Positions 29,654 to 42,478 of a DNA stretch of 64,000 bases are shown here, piece by piece (position 1 is the first letter of the stretch; each line of letters starts with the position of its first letter). The position numbers and the translations under genes were made by a program. Source of the DNA: Octopus vulgaris (taxonomy: Eukaryota). Below the pieces are notes generated by a model. That model was not told the origin of the DNA. It worked only from the letters and a program-made list of their open reading frames with translations, and made no database searches. The stretch is from NCBI GenBank assembly GCA_951406725.2, contig OX597814.1, forward strand, positions 142,166,001-142,230,000, in the 5' to 3' direction.

Positions 29654-30420
29654 GCTTCTGCTAAGCTAAAAAAAAAAATAAATGTGCCCTTTTAAAGCCT
29701 AGCCAGGCTCATGGGCCCAGTTTCCTGGTTTCAATGACATATGTGTTCCCCAGCTGGACAGGACACCAGTCCATCACAGCGTTACTTATTTTTACCAGCT
29801 GAGTGGACTGGAGCAACATGAAATGAAGTGCTTTGCTCAAGAACACAATGTGTCACCCAGTCCAGGAATCGAAACCACAATCTTACGATCATGGTGCTGC
29901 TAAGCTACCATTTATCAAATTCACTCATAAGACATTGGTTAGCCCCGGACAATCATAGACAATGCTTGTCCAAGAATCTGCTACAGTAAGATTGTTGCAA
30001 ATCAAACTTCATAACCTTACAATTATGACTGCACCTATAATATGAATAAAATCGTGCCTAATATGTTTTTACTACAATCACAAGGTCAGGTTTAGAGGAG
30101 ATAATTAATCTGAATGTGGGAGGATTCATAAAAGTTAAGTGTGTGATCTTTTTGCTGATTCTATATTTAGTTTTGTTTCTGATTTTCAATTTTAATCTCA
30201 CCCTATTCTGATAACTTCTGATTCTTGAATAATTTGGACACACCTCTTTCTCTTTTATGCTATCATATACATATATTATGTATAAACACACACACACAAG
30301 TTTATATATATATATATATATACCTACACATATAGACATAAACATATGCATTCATCTATACACACACATATATATGTATATATACATGCATACACACAAG
30401 TTTATACTTCTCTCTCTCTC

Positions 30421-30452
<32 letters not shown>

Positions 30453-31280
30453 CCCACACATATACATACATATAGACATAAACATATTTAACTGTACATA
30501 CAGACACACACATACATATAAACATATGCATTTATCTATACATACACACACATACATACATACTCACTTACTCATTCATTCACACACTCACACAAATATA
30601 TATACACAAATATGCATATACAGAAAGTCCTACATATATCTATCTATCTATCTACATGTGTGTGTACACACACGCAAACAAAGCATATATATGCATATAC
30701 ATACATATACATGCCTACACACATACATATACATACAAAGCCAGACAGACAGGCAGGCAAGCAGAAACTGGAAGAGGTATACAAACTGCAAAGAAAAACT
30801 ATTAAAGTTGAGAAGATAGAAAGAAAAATACTCTCTGCACAATTGACATGATGCTGTCATGCTTGTTTCACTTCTATCATTCACAGATGCTATTTCTAAA
30901 ACATAATTACATATATATAGTTTGCTCTAATGTATCCTTTTTATTTTTATCTTTACCAGGAGTGTGTATAACTGACTACTAACTATGGAAGATGCTTTAT
31001 TGTGACTGTTAAGAGTTAACGAAAGTGAAAAGACTTGAAATGCAATAACATGACAGCTCAATGTAAAATCTATGCTTAAGGTGAGACAGATTTTAGGTGA
31101 TAGCATCTTTTAAACAGTCACGACTGATATTTCAAATTATTGCCGGTGAGATAAAAACGAAGCCAGAAATTTTAACAGGTGAGATTTTTGTTTATGTTCA
31201 AGCTATTTTGTAACTTGGAATTAAAAACCAGATTTCTCAAGATGGATGTGGAGGAAAATATTGATGATCAGATGAAATAT

Positions 31281-31609
31281 AGGCACAGGTGTGGCTGTGT
31301 GATAAGAAGTTTGCCTCCTGACCCTATGGTCTTTGGTTCAGTCCCACTGCATGGTACCTTGGGCACGTGTCTTCTTCAATAGCCCCATGTTGATGAAAGC
31401 CTTGTAAGTGGATTTGGTAGTTGGAAACTGAAAGAAGCTGTGTGGTAAGAAGCTTGCTTCTCAACCACATGCTTCCTGGTTCAGTCCCACTGCATGGTAC
31501 CTTGGGCAAGTGTCTTCTTCTAACTAGCCTCAGGCTGACCAAAGCCTTGTGAGTGGATTTGGTAGATGGAAACTGAAAGAAGCCTGTCGTGTGTGTGTGT
31601 GTGTGTATG

Positions 31610-31640
<31 letters not shown>
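31281..31640 (+). mobile_element. SINE family A, two tandem 5' halves
   Basis: The head to GAAAGAAGC segment occurs at 31281-31438 and again at 31437-31590. Confidence 0.8.
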
Positions 31641-31644
<4 letters not shown>

Positions 31645-31819
31645 CATCATCCATTTATACATTTTGTACAATTTCAAAGAATTTATGCTTCTGAGTTTTG
31701 AACTTTTACTTCAGTGCATACTCAAATTCAAGAGGAGGTTGATGGCACTTTAGAACCGTCTTGTTTTGATTCTCTATTATTTATACAAATAAGAGAATTA
31801 TTTATGCATTTTTCTCAAA

Positions 31820-32372
31820 ATGGATGAAGATTTAGATATATTCAGCGATCACAAAAGCAATTTTTCATTTCATGATCTGGAAAGCTCTGGGGATGAATTA
31901 GATACATCTAGTTCAAACTCTGACAATTTTTCAGAAGATGACAAAGAAGATAATCAGATAGATGCACGTGCATGGCACGAAATCAATTGCTTGTTTGATT
32001 TGAAGAGAAAGCAGATACATGTGTGATGTCTGCAAGATAACTTTGTGTGTAACTCCTTGTCTTAAAAATTATCATTCTAAATAAACTGTCTATCTCATTT
32101 TTAAAAAATTTTCCTTTGATTTAAAACCAATACATCTTATAAAAAATCGAAGATAGTTAAGTTATATGTATTTTGTCAATGTCCGAGTTAACTCATTTAA
32201 ATCCAAATGAGTAAAACTACATTTTAATTTCTATAATAAAAAATAAAAGAAACAAGATAAAAATTTTTTTTTTTTTTTGTAATTAACACGTGTATATAAT
32301 TAAAAAAGGAAATTTTTAAAATGCTCTGAAATGAAACGCCATGTCAAAATAATTGATCCATTACGGGGTTAA
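31820..32372 (+). mobile_element. Internally deleted piggyBac remnant
   Basis: An acidic N-terminal ORF (MDEDLDIFSD...SSSNSDNFSEDD...W) joins out of frame to RESRYMCDVCKITLCVTPCLKNYH, the piggyBac C-terminal Cys-rich domain. The element ends GGG|TTAA at 32366-32372. Confidence 0.7.
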
Positions 32373-33014
32373 TATATAGTCTCGAATAAACTCAATTATG
32401 AGTGAATATGAATAAACAAAAAGATGGTTGGGTGGTTAACAAATTCACTTTGCAGCCATGTGTTTCAGGTTCAATCTTACTGCACGAAATCTTGCGTATC
32501 TATCTTCTACTGTTGTCCTAGGCCAAACAAAGCCTTATAAGGACATTTAGTTGATGGAAGCGCAGGGAGCTCATTGTGTGCACATGTGCAGATAAGCTTA
32601 ATGTTGACACTACACACTTGTCACTACTTGAGCCAAATGGTGATGTTGTTGGCATGCCTGGTCACTCTACCCTGGAACAAAATATCTCTTCCTCTAACAA
32701 AAAAAAAAAAAACAAGAACAATAAAATCATCCTGGTTCTAACTCCAGAAGTATTTTATCATAGATCCAAGAATAAGAAAATAATAATTCAAAGCAACCAG
32801 TTATTTCAGATATGAAGGAAGCCTATCTACAGGATAACACCTTTCTTTGTGAACAACGCACAGCTAAAACCTTCACAAATTCTTCACCTCACAATCTCTG
32901 CTGAGTTTCCTTGACAACCACACATCACACACATCAATGAGCATAAACATGTCTGTGTAGTTAGGTATGACCTCAACTGGATCAGAGCTGATATAGGACT
33001 AATCAACAACAAAG

Positions 33015-33049
<35 letters not shown>

Positions 33050-33793
33050 GGCCTACAAAGGTTCACACAAAACATCTCACAAATTCTTTGTACTATGTAA
33101 TAAAAGATGATTAGGAATACGTTTGGCAATGTAATAATAATACAACACCATAAAACACATTCTTAATCATTGTGCTACATAGTATCTACAGGTGTGCTGC
33201 AAGTGTTTGAAGCAAGTCGGAAAATGTTTGTGAAATTAGTTTAGAATTTACCACTGTTTGAAACAGTTTTAAGTAGACTAATTGTTTAGGACATAATTAT
33301 ATTACTAAAATAACAGAATATGTGTGTCTCATGTTTTGAACCTGAACTTCAACAATAATTTGAATTCAAGTCACACAAGCATCTTTTAAAATGAAATTGT
33401 TGTTGTGGGATCCATGAAATCAAATGATTCACTTTGATACTTTTTTTTACTAAAATGATATCTTTATGCTGTTTAAAGTATTTTGCACTGTTAGTTGAGG
33501 AAAATTTGTTTTTTTACAGAAATTTTATAATGTGATTTTTTGATAGTGTTTCATAGAAATTATGTCAAATACTTTAATTTCATTTTTCACATTTTGTTTT
33601 TTTCCCCTACATCAATATAAAATGTCTGATAGTCTGTCAATAGTAAAAAAAATCATCCAACTTTTATGCCAGTCATTATTTTACTTCTTTCTGAGAAGTT
33701 TTATTTTTTTTTACTTTGGTAAAAACTATTTTCTTAAGACTGTATCCTTATCCATATTACAACAGATTAGGTAAACCGTTTAAGTTTCAAGAA

Positions 33794-34842
33794 GGTGCAT
33801 GGCTCAGTGGTTACAGTGTCAGGCTCACAATCATGAGGTAGTGAGTTCAATTTCTGGCCCAGGCTATGTGTTCTGTTCTTGAGCAAGACACTTTATTTCA
33901 TGTTGCCTCCAGTTCACAATCATGAGGTAGTGAGTTCAATTTCTGGCCCAGGCTATGTGTTCTGTTCTTGAGCAAGACACTTTATTTCATGTTGCCTCCA
34001 GTTCACAATCATGAGGTAGTGAGTTCAATTTCTGGCCCAGGCTATGTGTTCTGTTCTTGAGCAAGACACTTTATTTCATGTTGCCTCCAGTTCACAATCA
34101 TGAGGTAGTGAGTTCAATTTCTGGCCCAGGCTATGTGTTCTGTTCTTGAGCAAGACACTTTATTTCATGTTGCCTCCAGTTCACAATCATGAGGTAGTGA
34201 GTTCAATTTCTGGCCCAGGCTATGTATTCTGTTCTTGAGCAAGACACTTTATTTCATGTTGCCTCCAGTTCACAATCATGAGGTAGTGAGTTCAATTTCT
34301 GGCCCAGGCTATGTGTTCTGTTCTTGAGCAAGACACTTTATTTCATGTTGCCTCCAGTTCACAATCATGAGGTAGTGAGTTCAATTTCTGGCCCAGGCTA
34401 TGTATTCTGTTCTTGAGCAAGACACTTTATTTCATGTTGCCTCCAGTTCACAATCATGAGGTAGTGAGTTCAATTTCTGGCCCAGGCTATGTGTTCTGTT
34501 CTTGAGCAAGACACTTTATTTCATGGTGCCTCCAGTTCACAATCATGAGGTAGTGAGTTCAATTTCTGGCCCAGGCTATGTGTTCTGTTCTTGAGCAAGA
34601 CACTTTATTTCATGTTGCTCCAGTTCAGTCAGCTGTAGGAATGAGTTGCGATGTCACTGGTGCCAAGCTGTATCAGCCTTTCCTTTTCCCTTGGATAACA
34701 TCGGTGGCATGGAGAAGGAAGGCTGGTATGCATGGGCGACTGTTGGTCTTCCATAAACAATCTTGCCTGGGCTTGTACCTCGGAGGGGAACTTTTGAGGT
34801 GCAATCCCATGATCATTCATGACCAAATGGGTTCCTTACTCT
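33794..34842 (+). mobile_element. tRNA-derived SINE (family C) with an internal tandem amplification
   Basis: A box TGGCTCAGTGG at ~33800, B-box-like GAGTTCAATTTC. A non-amplified copy lies on the minus strand at ~51612-51922. Confidence 0.85.
33826..34626 (+). repeat. Tandem array, 9 x 89 bp
   Basis: Unit CACAATCATGAGGTAGTGAGTTC...GTTGCCTCCAGTT starts at 33826, 33915, 34004, 34093, 34182, 34271, 34360, 34449 and 34538. Confidence 0.97.
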
Positions 34843-35134
34843 TAAGTTTTAACCAACAATACACAATTAACAGATACAATTAATCATTATTAATCAGGCC
34901 TATCCAGACAACTTTATTTTCCATACGTATTATCATTAAAGAAGGACCATTTCAAAGATAGGAAAAAAGAAAAAATCAGTAAAGAACTATCAACAAAAAT
35001 GCAAATAGACAGAGAAGGAAAAATGGTGAAATAGCAAAGAAGGAGAGCTGGTAATTCAAGATACCCAATGTGAATGAAAGCAACTGAAAAATTGAAAGAG
35101 AGAGATTGTAGAGCTAGAGAAAAATTTAAATACG

Positions 35135-35455
35135 GCTAATGGGTTTTGCAATAGAACAAAAATTCCTATAATTCATTTATATGAATGCATGATAGAAAGC
35201 AACATTGTTATAGAAGGTGAGTATTATAGAACATTATAGAAAATATGTCATTGTGCCAAGAATTAAACTGACTCCTTCTGGCACCACTTTACCATTCACC
35301 CTTATGTTCTTCATGTAGTTTCCAATTTGAGTGGCTTTCACAATGCCAGTCAATAAATCATTATGTCAATCATACAGTAAAATAGCTATGTTGTTGTTGT
35401 TCTCAAACTGATCTATTTCTGCATGGACAATTGTTTGTAGCTCTGTCAAGAACTA
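35135..35455 (+). pseudogene. Helitron PIF1-like helicase C-terminal fragment
   Basis: Across frames: NGFCNRTK (GLCNGTR), VIVPRIKLTPSGTTLPF, FPI*VAFTMPVNKSLCQS (FPIRLAFAMTINKSQGQS) and LFLHGQLFVALSR (FSHGQLYVALSR). Confidence 0.8.
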
Positions 35456-35669
35456 TATGAAGTGATACAAGTATAATGACACTGCTACAAAGAAAAGAAA
35501 AAGTCTCCAATATTACATACACTTAAGTTTTCCAATGTTAAAACTTCTTAACTTTTATATCATCCGGGTATATAATCATTCAGATAAATAAATAAATAAA
35601 TACATACATAAATACATACATACATACATACATACATACACACACACACATATAAATATATATCTTTGC

Positions 35670-36071
35670 ACAGGCATGGCTGTGTGATAAGAAGCTTACT
35701 CCCCAACCACATATTTCTGGGTTCAGTCCCACTGCATGACACTTCTACTATAGCCTTAGGCTGACTAAAGCCTTCTGAATGGATTTGGTAGACGGAAACT
35801 GAAAGAACTTGTGTGTGTGTGTATGTGTGTGTGTGTATGTGTGTGTGTGTGCACACACATGTGTTTGTCCCGTACCACAACTTCACAACTGGTGTTGGTC
35901 TATTTACATTCCAGTTACCTGGTGGTTCAGCAAAAGAGACCAATATAATAAGTACCAGTCACATAAAAAAAATGATAAAAAGGAAATGGGTTGATTCATT
36001 TGAGAAAAAAAATTCAAGGTGGCGCTCCAGCATGGCCACAGTCTAATGACTGAAACAAGTAAAATATAAAA
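35670..36071 (+). mobile_element. SINE family A
   Basis: Head, body and tail match family A. Confidence 0.8.
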
Positions 36072-36359
36072 TATATGTTTTAGTATTTATTTTATATTCT
36101 CACACACAGCTTCTACAGAACATGAAAATGACATGAGATGGTTATCTCAATGGTAAATGTATTCTAGACTTTATGAAGGGAGAAACTGTTTTCTTTTCAT
36201 ATCTGAAGAGTCAGGACTGGCTGACCTGCTCAGTAAAGAGACATGGTGTTAATATAGTTTCATTTTTAGTTGATATCTTCTAAGCACTGAATGCCCTCAA
36301 CAAGGATATGCAGAGAAAAATTGAACATATTCTTGCTTGTACTGACAAAACTAATTCTT

Positions 36360-36785
36360 TTAACCCTTTTGTTACTGTATTTATTTTGAGATGCTCTGTG
36401 TTTCTTTCAATTAATTTTAAATATTAAAGTTATCATTCAGCTAGTGTTAGAAACATAAATTGTGACTAAGGTTTGGTGGAAGATTTTTATTCAAAACTTA
36501 TGAAAACAAGACATTTGCACTACAGAGCCAGTTTCAGCTGGGTTGGTAATGAAAGGTTTAACCCTTTAGCATTCAGATTACACTGCCAAATTTAATGCCT
36601 AATAATTCATATTGTATTGAATTAATCATGCATATTCTTATAACTCCAAGGTGTCGATGTTGAGATTGCTTATTTTAAAAATTACATTGTGGGTTAGGTG
36701 TGAGACACCAGATCTAGTCAGTTTGAGCATAAAACTTATAGAATATTTTGGTTGGATATGACTGGTTTAAATGCTAAAGGATTAA
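36360..36785. mobile_element. Two abutting piggyBac-type MITEs sharing a TTAA
   Basis: TTAACCCTTTTGTTAC...GTAATGAAAGGT-TTAA-CCCTTTAGCATT...AATGCTAAAGGATTAA. Confidence 0.8.
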
Positions 36786-36928
36786 AATTTTTAAAAAATA
36801 AACATTGTGGAGAACCAGAATAAAAAGAGAGTGAAGAAAAGAACTGAAATGTTTGAGCTAACAAAATCTTGTAAACTGGACAAAAATGAGTTAATCTTAC
36901 TAAGTTAATCACTGCTTAGTAAAAAATA

Positions 36929-37697
36929 TTAACCCTTTAGCATTCAGATTACTCCATCACATGTAATACCGTAAATCCTCGAGTATAGTCCACCCTTGAA
37001 CATAATACGCAGGAGGTTTTTAGGGGACTTTACCACTGAAAACCTAAACCTTGTGTATAACACGCACCCCTTCTCTAACTTGAGTCAAGGAGGTCTATAT
37101 AACGTCCTTGGTTTGTAAAAATGTATACGGTAACGTCCTTGGTTTGTAAAAATGTATACGGTAACGTCCTTTATTATTATTGTATATATAACATAATGTG
37201 AACGTGTAGCTTTTTTGTGCATTTTGTTTGCAGAAAAAGAAATAACAGTAATAAAGTTTAATAAATGTTGCTTACTGCAAGTTATGGATGATCCTTTTAT
37301 GACTTCATTGCTTTCAGGCTTAGCTTAAGGTATTTTTGCGCCCGACATCACAAAATGCGTCTGAATAAACATTGCCGGACAGCAAATAGAGACTCGGACA
37401 TTGCTTAGAAAATAATTTTCATTTTTAACCTTGTATATAGTACACACTAGGAATTTTGGCATTTAAATTTTGGGAAAAAAATGCGGATTATACTCGAGGA
37501 TTTTCAGTACTTATTTATTCACATTGTTTTGAATTAATCATCTATTATCTTGTAGCTTCAAGATTTCAATAATGAGATTGTTTCTTCTTAGAAAGACATG
37601 GTAGGGTAGGTGAGAGAGGCTAGATCTGGCTGGCTTGAACATAAAACAAGGATAATATTTGGGCTGAATGTGGCTGGTTGAAATGCTAAAGGGTTAA
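36929..37697. mobile_element. piggyBac-type MITE (family 2) containing a nested insertion
   Basis: TTAACCCTTTAGCATTC ... AATGCTAAAGGGTTAA, interrupted at a TA by 36969-37507. Confidence 0.85.
36969..37507. mobile_element. Tc1/pogo-type MITE with TA target-site duplication
   Basis: TA|CCGTAAATCCTCGAGTATAGTCC ... GGATTATACTCGAGGATTTTCAG|TA, with an internal 31-bp tandem duplication at ~37100-37170. Confidence 0.85.
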
Positions 37698-37877
37698 ATG
37701 GTATTTTCTATGGATTCAGTGAAAGATCCATTTATGTTTAATGTGTTCCAGTCAGCAAAATTTAATAATGTTTCAGAAGACAAGTTGATGGTAATCAGAA
37801 ATGACAAGGCTAAAACTGCTGAACAGACCATCTGGAATACTGCTAACATAATAATGAAAGCAGTTAACCCATATATA

Positions 37878-38070
37878 CTCTCTTTTACTTGTTTTAGTCA
37901 TTTGACTGCAGCCATGCTGGAACACCGCCTTTAGTCAAGAAAATCGACCCCTGGACTTATTCTTTGTAAGCTTAGTATTTATTCTATTGGTCTCTTTTGC
38001 TGATCTGCTAAGTTACAGGGACGTAAACACACAAGCATCGGTCGTCAGGCAATGTTGGGGGGATAAACAT

Positions 38071-38103
<33 letters not shown>

Positions 38104-38262
38104 CGACGGGCTTCTTTCAGTTTCCGTCTACCAAATCCACTCAAGGCTTTGGTCAGCCCCAGGCTATAGTAGAAGACACTTGCCCAAGGTGCCACACAGT
38201 GGGACTGAACCTGAAATCATGTGGTTGGTAAGCAAGCTACTTACCACACAGCCACTCATGCC
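37878..38262 (-). mobile_element. SINE family A
   Basis: Reverse-complement match to family A. Confidence 0.85.
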
Positions 38263-39517
38263 TATATATGCCCATAACAAAAATGAAGTCTTACAATTTC
38301 ACTGTATTTAGATTAAATGTTTTGGTAAGATTTCACAATTTGGAAGAGAAGGACAATATGCAACTGTTAGCTATTTCATATGCTCAGTCAGATGCTTCCT
38401 GGTGAGTTCATGTTCAAACATGAAGGAGAAGGTTTAGTGTTGTGAAAACGCAACCAGGGGTATATATGGGTTAAAAGCACACTTGTCATTTTCAGCTTTA
38501 TATTTTTGTATTTCTGCTAATGATATGATTATGAACATGTACAGGTCACGGCTTTAAACACAATGAGAAAACAGAGTGTGTTGATGTCTATCTGACCACT
38601 GACAAGAAACATCACAAGACATCAGGCGTGGCTGTGTGTTTAACAAGCTCACCTTACAGCCATGTAATTTTAGGTTCAGTCCCACTGTGTGGCAATTTGG
38701 ACAAATGTCTTCCACTGGAAATTCACTGTGCCCAAGGAGACCCATCCTACAATAGTAAAAATGATGTCCTAAAAGCAGCGTGTGTGTGTAGCCCATTCTA
38801 CTCCACCAAGCATTCCCCTCTATCTATGGCACTAATAGGTGACTGCCATCACTCAGGAGCAGAATCAACATATATCATTCACCCTCCCCCATTTCTTTTG
38901 CACTATCAATTACCTTCTCCTTCCCTCTGGAGGCCACCTCCTCCTTCCTAGTGCTCCCTTCCAGCCACTTAGCCATGGGGTCTTCTCTCTTTCTTGCTCC
39001 TTTCTGTCTTGCAACTTACTTGGCAATGCCACTAGTGCGAGTGGTACATAAAAAAGCACTCAATAAACAGTGTAAAGGATTATATAATGTACAAGTATAA
39101 AGAATTAAAGAAAAAAGGACTCATTATATTGAATGTTATCAATAATATCAAGTGGAAATAGGGGATGCTGCAGTTTCACAGTGCGTATACATGGCTATCA
39201 CTGATAGCATGCTATAAATGATATGGCTACACTCTCGGAGTGGTTGACGTTAGGAAGGGCATCCAGCTGTAGAAACTCTGCCAGATCAAGATTGGAGCCT
39301 GATGCAGCCATCTGGTTCGCCAGTCCTCAGTCAAATCGTCCAACCCATGCTAGCATGGAAAGCAGACGTTAAACGGTGATGATGAGGATATATATATATA
39401 TATATATAGTCAATTTCCTCCTTAGGAATTATGGAATCCAGAGATCAACTGGTGTTATCGATGATATATTGAGAAAATTTTCATGATATATAGGGATAAA
39501 CAGTCTAATTTACATTT

Positions 39518-39672
39518 ATATTAATATAAATAAATGGAGAAAAAAATATATAGTGGATACTTATTTGTATCATGATAAAAACAGTATCATTGTGTTTCTT
39601 ATGTTTTTATCGTGATGCAAATAAAATAAAATACCCTCTCTATATTTTTTCTCCATTTTCTTATATTAATAT
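39518..39672. repeat. Imperfect AT-rich inverted repeat between TA tracts
   Basis: TATTAATATAA..AATGGAGAAAAAA.ATATA...TATTTG.ATCA.GATAAAAACA pairs with TGTTTTTATC.TGAT.CAAATA...TATATTTTTTCTCCATT..TTATATTAATA. Confidence 0.7.
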
Positions 39673-40576
39673 AACTATATATATATATTTATAGCTGAAG
39701 GATTAAAATTAATCAAATTATTACACAAGATAATAATAGAGTCAATGATATACTTGCAAATTATTTTTTTGTGAATTATTTTTCTCATGAATTATTTGCT
39801 CTGTATTGAAATATATATATATATATATAAAGCAGATAATGTTAATAAGACAATGATTAACTTTTTATCATTGTATTATTAATTTAGAGATGAGAATGCA
39901 TTCAGTGCACTAAATAACCCGATTCCAAGATTGTTGTAAGTTCATTGCAGTTTTACACGAAGTTTATGTGCACAACTTGTTAGTACAATCAAAGTTCAGT
40001 CTAAATTAAGTTGTACAGTATTTCTTTCGGGCACCACACTAGTGCATGTGGTATATATCTTTGTGTATATCTTTTCAAACAAAATGCAGCACATTTGCCC
40101 ATCTGTTTTAAATACAATTTAGTTTTTTATATCATGATTTTTTTCAAAGGCTTGTGTTATGTTGCAACACATCTAGTATCTGATTCAATGTGCCATAGAC
40201 TGAAAAACAGTTGAAAACTGTTGCCCTAGAATTTCAAATTAAGTGGAACAAAAAAAATGTCCCTTTACTATCATCTTCAAAGCACTGTTGTTGTTTAGCC
40301 CCAAGTCAGCAAAGAATAAGCCAACTTATGATCAGTGGCATTCCAGTCTTGAGCAAACCATCTTTTGTAGAGCGGTTCTAAGACTAAGTCATTTTATGTC
40401 TCCTTCCCATTTCAAGATAGCTTGACGTAATTTGAGAAGGGTTCTTTCATTGGGACCATTCAAAGAATAGTAAAGAAATACACTAGACACAAAAAGGTTA
40501 AATAAACAAAACTCTTGTGTGAGATTTTCAGTCATCCTCTTTTCAATGTTAGAATAGATTGTTTGAATACACACAC

Positions 40577-40794
40577 ACAAGGGGTGCTGAAAAGTTTCTG
40601 GCTTTAAGGGTATCGTGAAAGGCTTGGTTGGAAGCACAACCTTCCAAGTTCTTTTACAGGGCTTAGAAAAACTGAAGGATTGCTGCAATAAGTGCGTGAC
40701 TCAAAGAGGGGAATATGTTAAGTAAAATCATAATTCACTGATCCCCCTGCATTTTCTTTTACCCAAAGCCAGGAACTTTTTAGCACCGTGCTCA
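40577..40794 (+). mobile_element. Mariner-derived MITE
   Basis: TIRs GTGCTGAAAAGTTTCTGGCT / AGCCAGGAACTTTTTAGCAC. Internal GLEKLKDCCNKCVTQRGEYVK* resembles the mariner C-terminus. Confidence 0.75.
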
Positions 40795-41309
40795 TGCCTG
40801 TATATATACGTGTGAGTGTGTGTGTGTGTGTGAATGAAATGATTGGTCTTGGCTGTTTGAATACTGGCAATTTGATACAACTGACTGGACACTAAAACAG
40901 TTTTGAGGACTTTTGGTAGCACAGTTCTTTTTGGTACCAAAGGCAAACACATGCATGTGTACAAAAATACACAAATCTATCTACTTGTCTAAATATATAT
41001 ATAGAACAAAAACGCAATAGAGGGCATTAAAACATTCGGACAGATAGACAACACAAAGGCGGACAAGAGAAACAACAATTAGAAGGACAGGCAAAAAAAA
41101 GATGGGTCATTCTTGGCTTTCATTCATCAGTCAAGTCCCAGAAGTCACGACCATTTCGGACAGTTACATATATATATAAGGGAGAGGGAGGGGAAAAAGA
41201 GAGAGAGAGAGAGAGAGGAGAGGAAGAGGGAAAATGTGAAAAACATTAAAATGTATCAAATGACCCCGATTGCCAGAAACACATCTCCTCTTTCTAAATG
41301 CATAAAGGA

Positions 41310-42178
41310 ACCACTGTGTGGCAACTTTGGCAAGTGTCTTTTACTATAGTCACAGGCCAAGCAAAGCTTTGTGAGTAGACTTGGTAGATGGAAACTGAAA
41401 GAAGCCTGTCAAATGTTGGTGTGTTTACATCCCCATATCCCAGTGGTTGGGCAAAAGAGACCGATAGAATAACTACTAGGCTTACAAAGAATAAGTCCTA
41501 GGGTCAATTTGTTTGACTAAAGGTGGTGCTCCAACATGGCCACAGTCAAAAGACTGAAACAAGTAAAAGAGTAAAAGAGATGGGAGTTGACAAAGGAGCT
41601 TCTGAGAGGCCGCTGTATCTGCTAGAAATAGTGATCAAATCTCCTTTATATCAGACCCCAATCACTTTAAAAAGAGGGATGGTTACTGTGGATAATATAG
41701 TCCTAAATACACAGAAAGAATATTTTAAAGTAGAGGCATGTTATTTAGTTTCAGTCTGTATTTTCAACAGTGAATGTGTATGTATACTTATATATATGCA
41801 AGTGTGGCTGTGTGGTAAGAAGTTTGCTTCCCAATCACATGGTTGCAGGTTCAGTCCCGCTGTGTGGCACCTTGGGCGTCTTCTACTATAGCCTTGGGCT
41901 GACCAAAGCCTAGTGAGTGGATTTAGTAAACAGAAACCTTATATTTCCCTCTCAAATAGAAACTGAAAAAGCCCATCATGTATATGTATGTGTCTGTTTA
42001 CCACCATTACTTGACAACTGGTGTCGGTTTGTTTATGTTCCCATAACTTAACAGTTCGGCAAAAGAAACTGATAGAGTAAGTAGCAGGCTTAAAAAAAAG
42101 AAAAAGTACTGGAGTTGCTTCAACTAAAAATTCAAGGTGGTGCACCATCATGACCACATTCAAATGACCGAAACAAAG
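41310..42178 (+). mobile_element. Two SINE family A copies (41310-41580 and 41798-42178)
   Basis: Body and tail match family A. Confidence 0.75.
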
Positions 42179-42478
42179 ATTTATATATATATCATCATCA
42201 TCATCATCGTCGTTTAACGTCCGTTCTCCATGCTAGCATGGGTTGGACGGTTCGACCGGGGTTCTGGGAAGCCAGAAGGCTGCACCAGGCTCCAGTCTAA
42301 ATTTGGCAATGTTTCTACAGCTGGATGCCCTTCCTAACGCCAACCACTCCGTGAGTGTAGTGGGTGCTTTTTACGTGCCACCTGCACAGGTGCCAGGCGG
42401 GGCTGGCAACGGCCACGGTCAGATTGGTGTATTTTATGTGCCACCGGCACGGAAGCCAGTCGAGGCGGTGCTGGCATC

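Larger units (their letters stand above)
36110..37870 (+). pseudogene. hAT (Buster/Charlie-like) transposase remnant split by nested MITEs
   Basis: 36110-36360 gives DMRWLS...RLYE...VSFLVDIF*ALNALNKDMQ...ILACTDK. 36786-36928 gives LWRTRIK...EMFE. 37698-37870 gives DSVKDPF...EDKLMVIRND. These match the order RWLSRG, LAYL.DIF..LN.LN..LQ, DW..NPF. Confidence 0.75.

Noticed and set aside
30060-30130. KPDLVIV motif resembling a REL endonuclease
   Set aside because: Too short and degenerate to call on its own.
33826-34626. CRISPR-like array
   Set aside because: The units are contiguous and near-identical with no unique spacers, they derive from a SINE, there are no cas genes, and the context is eukaryotic.
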